DNA of 64,000 nt, taken from NCBI GenBank assembly GCA_963664235.1, contig OY760933.1:1883419-1947418 (forward strand). The letters are read 5' to 3'. How positions within the stretch are numbered: the stretch's first letter is position 1; every line of letters starts with the position of its first letter. Below the pieces are notes generated by a model. The model was not told where the DNA came from. It saw only the letters and a list, made by a program, of their open reading frames with translations, and did not search any database. The position numbers and the translations under genes were made by a program. This stretch comes from Acidimicrobiales bacterium. GTDB lineage: Bacteria > Actinomycetota > Acidimicrobiia > Acidimicrobiales > CATQHL01. Positions 54,783 to 63,264 of this stretch are shown piece by piece.

Positions 54783-55423
54783 GGCTGCGGGGCGGGGACG
54801 AGCCCGCTGACCGTGGCGAGCCCGAGCGAGTCGGTGTAGCACAGGTTCCAGGCGTCGGAGGCACCGGCATCGGGCGACAGCGGGGCCTCCAGGGCGCACA
54901 GGCTGAACACCACCCGGGTGCCCGCCGGCGGGTAGCCGGGCCAGTCGAACTCGCCGCCGGACCGCGGCAGCGACCGCACCCCTGGGGGCAATGGCCCGCC
55001 GAAGAGGCCGGCGCTGGAGGGTCCGAGGCCGGCGACGGCCCAAAGGACCGGTGGCTCCTGCGGATCGAATGCGCTGACGAGCAGCACCAACTCGGTCGCT
55101 CTCAGCGGGATGTTCCACCATGCCAGCGTGGGCGGTTCGCCCGTCTCGAGCAGCCCCGGAGGCAGTTCAACGCCCGGCGCGAAGTCGGTGCCCTCGATGA
55201 GCATCCCGCCGGGTCCCTGGCTCTGGTTGACCGGCACGAAGCGGGCTTGGGAAGCGGCGAAACCGGGCGGGGCGCGCAATTCCCGTCCCGAGGAGCCGCA
55301 TCCGGCCAACACGAGCGCCGCAGCCAGCATGATCAGTGCCCTGCCGGCGCCCGGGCGGCACCCGGTGTGCCCGTACCACCGGAACGAGCCGGTGCCGGCG
55401 GGATGTTCTCGGCGCCGTCGCAT
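54779..55423 (-). CDS. Putative lipoprotein, PEBP/YbhB-like
   Basis: LAAALVLAGCGSSG lipobox. WWNIPLRATELVLLVSAFDPQEPPVLWAVAGL resembles PEBP-family cores. ATG 55423 is 6 nt after TACGCT (55430-55435). Confidence 0.55.
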   Translation of the reverse strand: MRRRREHPAGTGSFRWYGHTGCRPGAGRALIMLAAALVLAGCGSSGRELRAPPGFAASQARFVPVNQSQGPGGMLIEGTDFAPGVELPPGLLETGEPPTLAWWNIPLRATELVLLVSAFDPQEPPVLWAVAGLGPSSAGLFGGPLPPGVRSLPRSGGEFDWPGYPPAGTRVVFSLCALEAPLSPDAGASDAWNLCYTDSLGLATVSGLVPAPQP

Positions 55424-55536
55424 GGCGCCAGCGTAGGAAGCGCACCCGGTCGCTACGAGGATTCCGGTCGCAAATGCCGCCGGCTTGCTGCACTCTGGGG
55501 GAGACTTGATCGCTGATCGGCCCCGGGGAGCGTGGC

Positions 55537-56796
55537 ATGGACCGAACCTTCCCGCTGCTGGCGAGGTTCCGTCCGCGGCGCGCACCCCCGCAGGGGCGAG
55601 GTGTGCCCGGTGTGCCCCACTGGGCCGGCGCGCAGAGCCTGGTGGCCCTCGGACTGCTGGCCGTCGTCAGCGTGGTCGTGGGGATCCTGCTCGGCGCCAG
55701 CGCCGACCGCCTCGGGCAACTCGGCGGGCTGCTGCTGATGGTGCCGGCCGCCATCGCGCTCCAGGGCAAGGTCTTCGGCGCGCTGGGGTCGCGCCTGGGC
55801 ACCGCCATCCACTCCGGCACGTTCCGCTTCAGCCTCCGTCCCGCAACCGTCGTCGGCGAGAACATCCTGGCCGGTCTGGCGCTGAGCATCGTGTCCTCGG
55901 CGATGCTGGCGATGCTGGCCAAGGCAGCGGCGGAGCTCTTCAACATCCCCGTGCCCATGAGCCTGGCGGCCTTCGTGGTCATCAGCACCCTCGGCGGGGT
56001 GATCTCGTCGCTGTTCGTGCTGGTGGTGGCGCTGGGCATGGCCGCCGGTTCGGTGCGCTTCGGCTGGGACCCCGACAACGTGACGGCCCCGCTGGTAACC
56101 GCGGCGGCCGACGTGATCACCCTGCCGGTGCTGCTGCTGGTCGTGCCGCTGGCAGAGTCCGAGGCGGTGGTCGGTGCGGTGGCGATCACCTGCGGCGCGG
56201 CCGCCGTCGTGACCGGCGTGAGCGTCTGGCGCAGCGGCGGGCCGTCGCTGCGCTCCATCCTGCGGGAGTCCTTCGGTGTGCTCGTGATAGCGCTGCTGCT
56301 GGACATTGGCGCAGGGGTCATCGTCGAGCAGCAGGAGGTGTTCCTGAGCCGTCTGCCGAGCCTGCTGGTGCTTCTGCCGGGCTACCTGGCGGTCGGGGGC
56401 GCCCTCGGCGGCATCCTCTCCAGCCGGCTGGCCTCCAAGCTGCACCTGGGCCTCATCGAGCCCTCCGCGGTGCCCGGCCGCGAGGCCCGGCGCGAGGTGC
56501 GCAACACATTCGTCATGGGACTTCCCGCTCTGGCCGGCACGGGGGCGCTCGCCTACCTCGCGGCCAGGATCGCGGGTCTCGCCGGTCCCGGGCTGGGGGA
56601 GATGATCGGGGTGGCACTCCTCGGTGGCCTGGTTGCGGTGGCGGCGGCAGCGCTCGTGGCGTATTTCGGCACGATCCTCGCCGAGCGCTTCGGCCTGGAT
56701 CCCGACACCTACGGCATCCCGCTGGTGACCTCTGTGATGGATCTGGTCGGCGCCCTCACGCTGGTGGGGGCGCTGGCGGCACTGGCGATCCTGTGA
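55537..56796 (+). CDS. MgtE-like divalent cation channel, duplicated transmembrane module, no cytosolic N/CBS domains
   Basis: Two tandem MgtE-type TM modules (LLMVPAAIALQGKVFGALGSRLGT ... DPDNVTAPLVTAAADVITLP, and LLVLLPGYLAVGGALGGILSSRL ... DPDTYGIPLVTSVMDLVGAL). ATG is preceded by GGGGAG. Confidence 0.8.
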   Translation: MDRTFPLLARFRPRRAPPQGRGVPGVPHWAGAQSLVALGLLAVVSVVVGILLGASADRLGQLGGLLLMVPAAIALQGKVFGALGSRLGTAIHSGTFRFSLRPATVVGENILAGLALSIVSSAMLAMLAKAAAELFNIPVPMSLAAFVVISTLGGVISSLFVLVVALGMAAGSVRFGWDPDNVTAPLVTAAADVITLPVLLLVVPLAESEAVVGAVAITCGAAAVVTGVSVWRSGGPSLRSILRESFGVLVIALLLDIGAGVIVEQQEVFLSRLPSLLVLLPGYLAVGGALGGILSSRLASKLHLGLIEPSAVPGREARREVRNTFVMGLPALAGTGALAYLAARIAGLAGPGLGEMIGVALLGGLVAVAAAALVAYFGTILAERFGLDPDTYGIPLVTSVMDLVGALTLVGALAALAIL

Positions 56797-58112
56797 TGGC
56801 TGCGAAGGCCGGTTCGTCCGCCTCGATGGGGCCGCGGCGGCGCCGCGATAGTCTCGGGTTGACACCGATGGACGATCGCCCCCGGAATCTGCGTTCCATG
56901 CTCGCCGAGGCGAAAGACCTCAGCGAGTTGATGGTTGACCTGGCATATGCCTCGGTCTGCTTCGGTCACCCGGAGTTGGCCACCGAGGTCCGCGCCCTCG
57001 AAGAGCAGATGAGCGATCTGGTGCACGACATGCGCGCTGTCTGCGTGAAGGCCGCCCGCCGCCCGCGCGACGCCGGGGGCATGTCGTCGGTGCTGCAGGT
57101 GGTGAGTGCGATCGAACGCATCGCCAACGCCGCGGTGGACATCGCCCGGGTGGTGACCCACCAGTTGGGGATCCCCGCGGAGTTGGTGGTGTCCCTGTCG
57201 GTCGCCGAGGAGGTCTCGCACCGGGCGCAGGTCGCCGAGGGGTCCGCGATGGCCCACCGGCCCGTCGGCGCCCTCGAGTTGCCGGTGGCCACCGGCACGC
57301 GCATCATGGCCATCCGCCGGGGCCGGCAGTGGATAACCGGCGTGGCCGGCGACGACGTGCTGATGCCGGGCGACGCCCTGTTCATGCGCGGGTCGCCCGA
57401 GGGCATCCCACGGATCCGCGAACTCGCCGGTGACGAGGTCTGGGTACCGCCGGAGGCGCCGCCCGAACCGTCCATCAGCGACCTGGACCGGGCCGCTGAC
57501 CTGCTGGTGGAGATGAAGAACGTCTCCGAGGTGGCGGTGGACCTGGCGTACTCGACGCTGGTGCTGGGAGATCCGGGTCTGGCCGCGCAGGTGCGGCACC
57601 TGGAGTCCCGGCTCGATGACATGCACGACCAGTTGGAGCTGTGGGTGCTGCGGGCCGCCGCAGATCGCCCCGATCCGGCGCCGCTGCGAGGCCTCCTGCA
57701 CATCTCCAACGCGGCGGAGGACCTGGGCGACCAGGCCAGCCAGATGGTTTGGCTCGTGGAGAAGGGCGAGGACGTGCACCCCATTCTGGAGATCGCCCTG
57801 GGTGACTCCGACGAGGTCGTCGTGGACTATCCGGTGGCCGAGGGATCGCCGGTCGACGGCCGCACCCTGGGCGAGTTGGGCCTGAACATCGAGCCCGGTT
57901 TCACCGTGCTGACGATCCTGCGAGGTCAGCGGTACCTGTACCGGCCGAGGGGACCCACGGTGCTGCAGGCAGAGGACGAGGTGATCGCCTCTGGTCCCGA
58001 CGAGGGGCGCGGCGCGTTCGCCACCCTGCTGGGTTGGGACCTCGAGCGCGACCCGGAGACGGGCACCGATGAGTTGTCGCCCCGGGCGGCGGTGCTCGGG
58101 GTACGGGCCTGA
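56796..58112 (+). CDS. Cytosolic regulator with two [PhoU-like helical + TrkA-C/RCK_C] modules
   Basis: The two halves are similar (LSELMVDLAYASVCFGHPELA... and VSEVAVDLAYSTLVLGDPGLA...). Each ends in a TrkA-C-like segment (VLMPGDALFMRG, VLQAEDEVIASG). The ATG shares its A with the channel gene TGA (TGATG). Confidence 0.8.
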   Translation: MAAKAGSSASMGPRRRRDSLGLTPMDDRPRNLRSMLAEAKDLSELMVDLAYASVCFGHPELATEVRALEEQMSDLVHDMRAVCVKAARRPRDAGGMSSVLQVVSAIERIANAAVDIARVVTHQLGIPAELVVSLSVAEEVSHRAQVAEGSAMAHRPVGALELPVATGTRIMAIRRGRQWITGVAGDDVLMPGDALFMRGSPEGIPRIRELAGDEVWVPPEAPPEPSISDLDRAADLLVEMKNVSEVAVDLAYSTLVLGDPGLAAQVRHLESRLDDMHDQLELWVLRAAADRPDPAPLRGLLHISNAAEDLGDQASQMVWLVEKGEDVHPILEIALGDSDEVVVDYPVAEGSPVDGRTLGELGLNIEPGFTVLTILRGQRYLYRPRGPTVLQAEDEVIASGPDEGRGAFATLLGWDLERDPETGTDELSPRAAVLGVRA

Positions 58113-58131
58113 GGCAGCCGGCCGGACGACG

Positions 58132-59070
58132 GTGACCCAGCTGGCGCCTCCGGGCGCGCCCGGAGGCGGCGACGACCCGCTGCGGCTGCTGACGGTGCAC
58201 GCGCATCCCGACGACGAGTCCTCCAAGGGGGCGGCCACGGTCGCCCGCTACGTCGACGAGGGGGTGCGGGCCGTGCTGGTGTGCTGCACCGGCGGCGAGG
58301 AGGGCGACATCCTCAACCCCGCGGCCGACCTGCCGGGGGTACGCGAGCGGCTCGCCGAGGTGCGGCGCACCGAACTCGAGCGGGCGGCGGCGATCATCGG
58401 CTACCACGAGGTGGTGTGGCTGGGCTACCGCGACTCGGGCTATCCGGAGGCGCCTGACGTCAATGACCCCCCCGCCGAGCCGGTGGAACTTCCGGCCGGT
58501 TCGTTCGGGGCGGCCCCGATCGCCGAGGCGACCGAACGCCTCGTGACGATCCTGCGGGCCGAACGCCCCCTCGTGGTCGTCATCTATCCCGATGACCAGC
58601 AGGGCTACCGCCATCCCGACCACCTGCGCGTGCACGACGTGGGCCTGGCGGCCTTCGAGGCGGCGGGCGACCCCGGGGCCTTCCCCGCCGCGGGCCCTCC
58701 CTGGCGCCCGCCCAAGCTGTACTACTCGCTGTGGGCCAAGGCCCGGATCCTGGCTCTCCACGAGGCGTTCGGCGAGCAGGGCATGGAGTCTCCCTACCAG
58801 GAGTGGTGGTTCGAGCGGCCCTGGCAGGACGAGCGCATCACCACGCGGATCGAGGTGGCGAAGTGGTACGACCGGCGCTGCGACGCGCTGCTCGCCCACG
58901 CCACCCAGGTGGATCCCACCGAGCCGTTCTGGTTCGGGCTGCCCCGGGAGGTGGCCGCCGAGGCGTACCCGTGGGAGGACTACATCCTGGCCTCATCCGA
59001 CGTGGCGACGGCGCTGCCCGAGGACGACCTGTTCGCCGGGCTGCGAGATGCGCCACCGGCGGCCGGCTGA
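58132..59070 (+). CDS. PIG-L family deacetylase, mycothiol S-conjugate amidase (Mca)/MshB-like
   Basis: LLTVHAHPDDESSKG, VVWLGYRDSGY, YRHPDHLRVHD and WEDYILA. In-frame GTG 58132 was chosen as start. Confidence 0.85.
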   Translation: MTQLAPPGAPGGGDDPLRLLTVHAHPDDESSKGAATVARYVDEGVRAVLVCCTGGEEGDILNPAADLPGVRERLAEVRRTELERAAAIIGYHEVVWLGYRDSGYPEAPDVNDPPAEPVELPAGSFGAAPIAEATERLVTILRAERPLVVVIYPDDQQGYRHPDHLRVHDVGLAAFEAAGDPGAFPAAGPPWRPPKLYYSLWAKARILALHEAFGEQGMESPYQEWWFERPWQDERITTRIEVAKWYDRRCDALLAHATQVDPTEPFWFGLPREVAAEAYPWEDYILASSDVATALPEDDLFAGLRDAPPAAG

Positions 59071-59084
59071 GGGTCAGCGGCGCG

Positions 59085-59483
59085 ATGGGCAACATCGGGA
59101 GCGAAGGCTGGGTGCAGGCCGTACTGGCCGCCGCTGAGGTGCTGGCTGAGGTCCCGGGCTGCAACGTGACCGCCCGGATCGAGATCTCCGGGGGCCCCGA
59201 CGGTCCCTGCCGGCTGGGGGCGGTCGTGGCCGACGGGCGTCTGGTGGCGTTGAGTCCCGGACGTCCGGCTGATCCGGACTGCACCGTGTCGTGCAGCGCC
59301 GCTGACGCGCACGGGATCCTGAGCGGCCAAGTTGACCCGGCTGTGGCCTACATGCAGGGGCGCCTCAAGATCGACGGCGCCTACGAGCGGGTCCTGTTCG
59401 GTCTGCGTCCCATGGTGGGCGGCGAGGCGTTCGCCGCCTTCGTCGCTGGGGTGACCGCTCTCGTCGTCAGGGATTTCAGCTAG
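59085..59483 (+). CDS. SCP2 sterol-binding domain protein
   Basis: DAHGILSGQVDPAVAYMQGRLKIDGAYERVLFGL is a typical SCP2 C-terminal motif. Confidence 0.8.
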   Translation: MGNIGSEGWVQAVLAAAEVLAEVPGCNVTARIEISGGPDGPCRLGAVVADGRLVALSPGRPADPDCTVSCSAADAHGILSGQVDPAVAYMQGRLKIDGAYERVLFGLRPMVGGEAFAAFVAGVTALVVRDFS

Positions 59484-59486
59484 CGA

Positions 59487-59505
59487 CTTGTCGTCAATCG
59501 ACAAG
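59487..59505. promoter_or_regulatory. Inverted repeat CTTGTCG-N5-CGACAAG just after the SCP2 stop (terminator stem or operator)
   Basis: Perfect 7-bp arms. The TGTCGCG half-site recurs twice downstream (about 59558 and 59588), before the binding-protein gene. Confidence 0.3.
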
Positions 59506-59655
59506 CCAATATGGTTGCGTTATCCTGCCTGGCCAAGCAGTCAGGGCCTAGCCGCGAAATAATCTGTCGCGTGGGTGTGGTCCCGTGCTTGTCGCGAGGT
59601 CATGGCACTCAACTAAGACAGCCAACCAGTTGATAAGGCTCGGGGAGGATGCTTC

Positions 59656-61107
59656 ATGAAGCGCAAGTTGGTACTTCGAATCGTGGCCACGACGGCTGCG
59701 GTCCTTGTGATCGCAGCGGCGTGCGGTGGTGACGATGACGGTGGGGGGACGACTGCTCCGCCTCCGGCACCTGAGCCTGCGGCACCGGCCCCTGCTCCGG
59801 AGCCCGAGCCTGCGGCACCGGAACCGCCACCTCCGCCGGAGCCTGCGGCACCGGAACCGGAAGACGAGCCGGAGGCTGCGGCCCCCGAGCCGGAGGATGA
59901 GCCGGCCCCCGAGCCGGAGGCCGCCCCCGAACCGTCGGGCACTTCGGCTCCCGGCGTCAGTGACACCGAGATCAAGCTCGGCGCGATCAGCGACGACGGT
60001 CTTCCACTTCCCGAGATCGTGACGATTCCCGTCGTGGCCTCGGCCATCGCCATGTTTGATTCGGTCAACGACGAGGGCGGCGTCCACGGGCGCAAGATCA
60101 GCGTCACGAACTGCGACGCCGCCGGCGACGTGGCCCGTGCTCGCGCCTGCTTCAGGAAGCTGGTGGACGAGGATCAAGTCTTCGCTTTCATCACCAGCAT
60201 CACCTGGGGCACCGGCGAGTTGCACCAGGATCTGGCCCGGGACGAGGTCCCGTGGTTCGGCTCGTGGGGCTTCTTCACCAGCGAGTGGCGTGATCCGTGG
60301 ATGTTCCCGGCCCACATGGCCACCATCCATGAGGCGCATGCCAACTCCATCTGGGTGCGGGACAAGCTCGATCCCGAGACAGTCGGCATCATCTACCTCA
60401 ACATCCCCGAGGACCGCCTCGCCGCTGACGCCATGCACGACATCTTCGATCCTGCAGGCATCGAGGTCGTCATCGAGCAGCCGATCGAGATCGAGACGCC
60501 GGACCACACGCCGGCGGTCATCGAGATGGCGGCTGCGAACCCGGACCACGTCATCCACTTCGCCTGGGCCGCGCCCATGGCAGGTTGGATGATCGCCGCC
60601 GAGCAGCAGGGCTACTGGCCGCCTCTGGGCATCAGCGGCAACCACTTCGCTGCCGAGGCTTTGGGCGAATTCGTGGGCGACTGGCCGCTGAAGGGCATGT
60701 GGACGATCACCACGTTCAAGGTCTGGAACGACAACACCGAGTACCTTGCGGCGCTCGAGAAGTACAACCCGGAAACGCTCCTCAAGATCCACCACATCAC
60801 CCAGTCGGGCTATGCAGGTGCTCGCATCTTCATCGAGACCGCCAAGTCGGTCGGGCCGGACATCACCCGGGAGAACATGATGGAGGCTTGGGAGGCGCAG
60901 CCGTGGGACGCCGGTCCGGGCCTGGGTATCACCTTTGCCTGGGGCGACGCCTCCGCAGAGCGGGCCGCCGGAACACAGACGACGGATGCGCACGACACGC
61001 TGCGCTGTGAGTACCAGTTCAAGTACAACCAGGCAGCGGCTTCGACCGACTTCGCCGTGTGGATCCCGGCCCCTGAGGGTTACGAGATCTGCGACGATTA
61101 TGACTGA
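59656..61107 (+). CDS. ABC transporter substrate-binding lipoprotein, Liv/PBP1 (branched-chain amino acid-type)
   Basis: MKRKLVLRIVATTAAVLVIAAACGG lipobox, a roughly 75-aa Pro/Glu/Ala tether, then GVSDTEIKLGAISD... typical of the LivK-like family. ATG is preceded by GGGGAGGA. Confidence 0.9.
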   Translation: MKRKLVLRIVATTAAVLVIAAACGGDDDGGGTTAPPPAPEPAAPAPAPEPEPAAPEPPPPPEPAAPEPEDEPEAAAPEPEDEPAPEPEAAPEPSGTSAPGVSDTEIKLGAISDDGLPLPEIVTIPVVASAIAMFDSVNDEGGVHGRKISVTNCDAAGDVARARACFRKLVDEDQVFAFITSITWGTGELHQDLARDEVPWFGSWGFFTSEWRDPWMFPAHMATIHEAHANSIWVRDKLDPETVGIIYLNIPEDRLAADAMHDIFDPAGIEVVIEQPIEIETPDHTPAVIEMAAANPDHVIHFAWAAPMAGWMIAAEQQGYWPPLGISGNHFAAEALGEFVGDWPLKGMWTITTFKVWNDNTEYLAALEKYNPETLLKIHHITQSGYAGARIFIETAKSVGPDITRENMMEAWEAQPWDAGPGLGITFAWGDASAERAAGTQTTDAHDTLRCEYQFKYNQAAASTDFAVWIPAPEGYEICDDYD

Positions 61108-61158
61108 GTGACATTGCCTTTCGACCAACTAACAGGTCGAATAGCAACGGACAGAATC

Positions 61159-61197
61159 GGGGCACCTTGCCTGACCGACGGTCTGGTAAGGTGCCCC
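61159..61197 (+). terminator. Hairpin between the binding-protein and permease genes (10-bp perfect stem, 19-nt loop)
   Basis: ggggcacctt (61159-61168) pairs with aaggtgcccc (61188-61197). A second 7-bp stem, ttcgacc/ggtcgaa, lies at 61120-61141. Confidence 0.4.
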
Positions 61198-61230
61198 GAG
61201 CGGTCACTGGATGGACGTTAGGGGTCCTCG

Positions 61231-62172
61231 GTGTTTGACCCGTTCATAGTCAAAGCGTCACTCGTAACGGGCGTCGCTCTCGGGGCGCTGTACGGCATTC
61301 TCGGCATCTCGCTCGTGCTCTCCTTCCGCATGAGCCGCATTGTGGCCTTCGTGCACGGTGGTATCGCGCTCTGCTCGGCGTTCCTCTACTGGTACCTGAC
61401 AGCCGATCCGGCACGCACCTCCGGCCATGGCACCAACCTGGCCTATGCCACCAAGGAATGGCCCAAGGCGCCGGCGGTGATCCTCGCCGTCCTGCTGGGT
61501 GCGGGCCTGGCCGCCCTGTTCGCCTGGGTTGCGACCGGGCGCATGGCGAATTGGCCGCGGGTCACCGTGACGACCTTCTCCCTGGGGGGGATGCTGATCT
61601 TCACCGGCATCACTCAGGAAATCTGGCAGGGCGCCTTCGAGATTGTCCCGAGCCCCTTCGGCAAGGGCCGCGTCACCCTCTGGGGCGCCAACGTGTCCCA
61701 CCATCAGATCGCCGTGATCGCCCTGCTCGTTTTCCTGGTGATCGTGTTGCACTTCGTCGTGACGAGAACCAAGACCGGGGTGCAGATGCGCGCCATCTCC
61801 GACGACGTGGAAGCGGCCGAGATGGTCGGCGTGCCTGTGCGGAAGATCTCCATGGGCGTGTGGTGCCTTTCGGGGGCCCTGGCCGGACTCGGGGGCGTGC
61901 TGCTGACCCCCATGACGAGACTTGGGGCAAGCGTCGTGTTGTTCGTCTTGATCAGGTCGCTGGCGGGCGCGGTCCTGGGCGGGTTCAAGAGCCTGCCGCT
62001 GGCCCTGCTCGGGGCGATGCTTTTCGGGCAGGTCGAGGCGCACACCGCCGGCGGCACGTTCGGCAAGATCAGCTCAGGATGGCGCGAGGTCATCCTGATG
62101 GCGGTGCTCTTCGTGGGCGTCGTGATCGTGGCGCGCCGCAAGCGCTCGCAGTTCCGGCTGGCGGAGACGTGA
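61231..62172 (+). CDS. Branched-chain amino acid ABC transporter permease (LivH-type)
   Basis: Polytopic membrane protein with LivH-like motifs (GISLVLSFRMSRIVAFVHGG, AISDDVEAAEMVGVPV). Confidence 0.9.
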   Translation: MFDPFIVKASLVTGVALGALYGILGISLVLSFRMSRIVAFVHGGIALCSAFLYWYLTADPARTSGHGTNLAYATKEWPKAPAVILAVLLGAGLAALFAWVATGRMANWPRVTVTTFSLGGMLIFTGITQEIWQGAFEIVPSPFGKGRVTLWGANVSHHQIAVIALLVFLVIVLHFVVTRTKTGVQMRAISDDVEAAEMVGVPVRKISMGVWCLSGALAGLGGVLLTPMTRLGASVVLFVLIRSLAGAVLGGFKSLPLALLGAMLFGQVEAHTAGGTFGKISSGWREVILMAVLFVGVVIVARRKRSQFRLAET

Positions 62173-62176
62173 GCCC

Positions 62177-63262
62177 GTGTCAGTGACTCCCCCCAAGACA
62201 TCGCAGCGGCTTCCCGGCTCGCTGTCCGGCCTCCAACTCACGCCCCCGGTCGTGGCCGTGCTGGGGCTGGCACTCGTCATGGGCATCGTCCCGCAGTTCG
62301 TCAAGGAATACTGGATCTTCCTTTCCACGGCCGGCTTCCTGACGGCGGTCACCGTCATGGGTCTCGCCGTCATCATCGGCTGGGCCGGCCAGGTGACGCT
62401 GGCGGGTGCAGCGCTCCTGGGCACCTCCGTCTACATCACTGGTTACCTGCTGCGGGAGGGTCTGGCCGGCTCTGGGGCCTGGCCGTTCATCCCGGCCATG
62501 ATCGGCGGGGTTGTCTGCGCCACCGTGCTGTCGGCGCTGGTGGCCATACCGACTGCCCGGTTTTCCGGGGTCTACGTCATGGTGCTGACCATGGGACTCC
62601 AGGTCACGATGGAGCGCACGCTGTTCACGTATACGTGGATCTCGGGCGGGGCGGGCGCGGACGTGCGCGTCCCCCGGCCGGCGCTGTTCGGTTTCGAGTT
62701 CAACACCGACATGCGGTACTTCTATCTCTGCTTCGTCGTGATGGTCATCGCGGGTCTGCTGATGCACGCTCTGCGGATGTCGAGGCACGGTCGCGCCATC
62801 CAGTTGGTGCGAACCGACAGGCAGGCAGCGGCCGCCGTGGGCATCTCGCCATGGCGGTACCGCGTGATCGCCTTCGCCGTGGGCGGGTTCCTCATCGGGA
62901 TCGCCGGAGCGTTCACGGCTCCCCTCTACGAGTCGCCTCCCGCGCTGACGCAGTACATCCTGTTTCAGTCGCTGTTCCTCCTGGCAATTCCGGTCGTCGC
63001 CGGCACGCAGACGATCGTCGGTCTTGCCAGCGTGGCGGTCGCCTTCCAGATCCTTCCCGCGGCCCTGCAGAGCCACCGGCTGTCGGTGTACTTGCTGGGC
63101 GGCGCCGGGCTGATCGGCGGAACCCTCCTGGGTCCGCGGGGCATGGCGGGAACGCTGCTCGACATGCTCCAGCAGAAGCGCGATGTGGCGCGGTTGAGCG
63201 AGTTGGCGGGCACCGAGGATGACTCGGCGACCCCGACCGGCTCGGGCGAGTCCGGGGAGTGA
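62177..63262 (+). CDS. Branched-chain amino acid ABC transporter permease (LivM-type)
   Basis: GWAGQVTLAGAALLGTSVY, SRHGRAIQLVRTDRQAAAAVGI. Confidence 0.9.
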   Translation: MSVTPPKTSQRLPGSLSGLQLTPPVVAVLGLALVMGIVPQFVKEYWIFLSTAGFLTAVTVMGLAVIIGWAGQVTLAGAALLGTSVYITGYLLREGLAGSGAWPFIPAMIGGVVCATVLSALVAIPTARFSGVYVMVLTMGLQVTMERTLFTYTWISGGAGADVRVPRPALFGFEFNTDMRYFYLCFVVMVIAGLLMHALRMSRHGRAIQLVRTDRQAAAAVGISPWRYRVIAFAVGGFLIGIAGAFTAPLYESPPALTQYILFQSLFLLAIPVVAGTQTIVGLASVAVAFQILPAALQSHRLSVYLLGGAGLIGGTLLGPRGMAGTLLDMLQQKRDVARLSELAGTEDDSATPTGSGESGE

Positions 63263-63264
63263 GC

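Noticed and set aside
55485-56795. N-terminal 437 codons of the 875-aa plus-strand ORF
   Set aside because: This part is an off-frame shadow of the MgtE-like gene and is Arg/Gly/Pro-rich. Only the portion from ATG 56796 has a domain-like, duplicated sequence, and it starts exactly at the channel gene stop.
59548-61128. 526-aa minus-strand ORF
   Set aside because: It is antisense to the Liv-type binding lipoprotein gene and is Arg/Gly/Asp-rich with no motifs.
62178-62185. TGTCAGTG, an exact match to the first half of the mycobacterial RecA-NDp box
   Set aside because: It lies inside the first codons of the LivM-type permease gene. It is followed after 8 nt by CAAGAC, not TAnnnT, and no gene start lies downstream.
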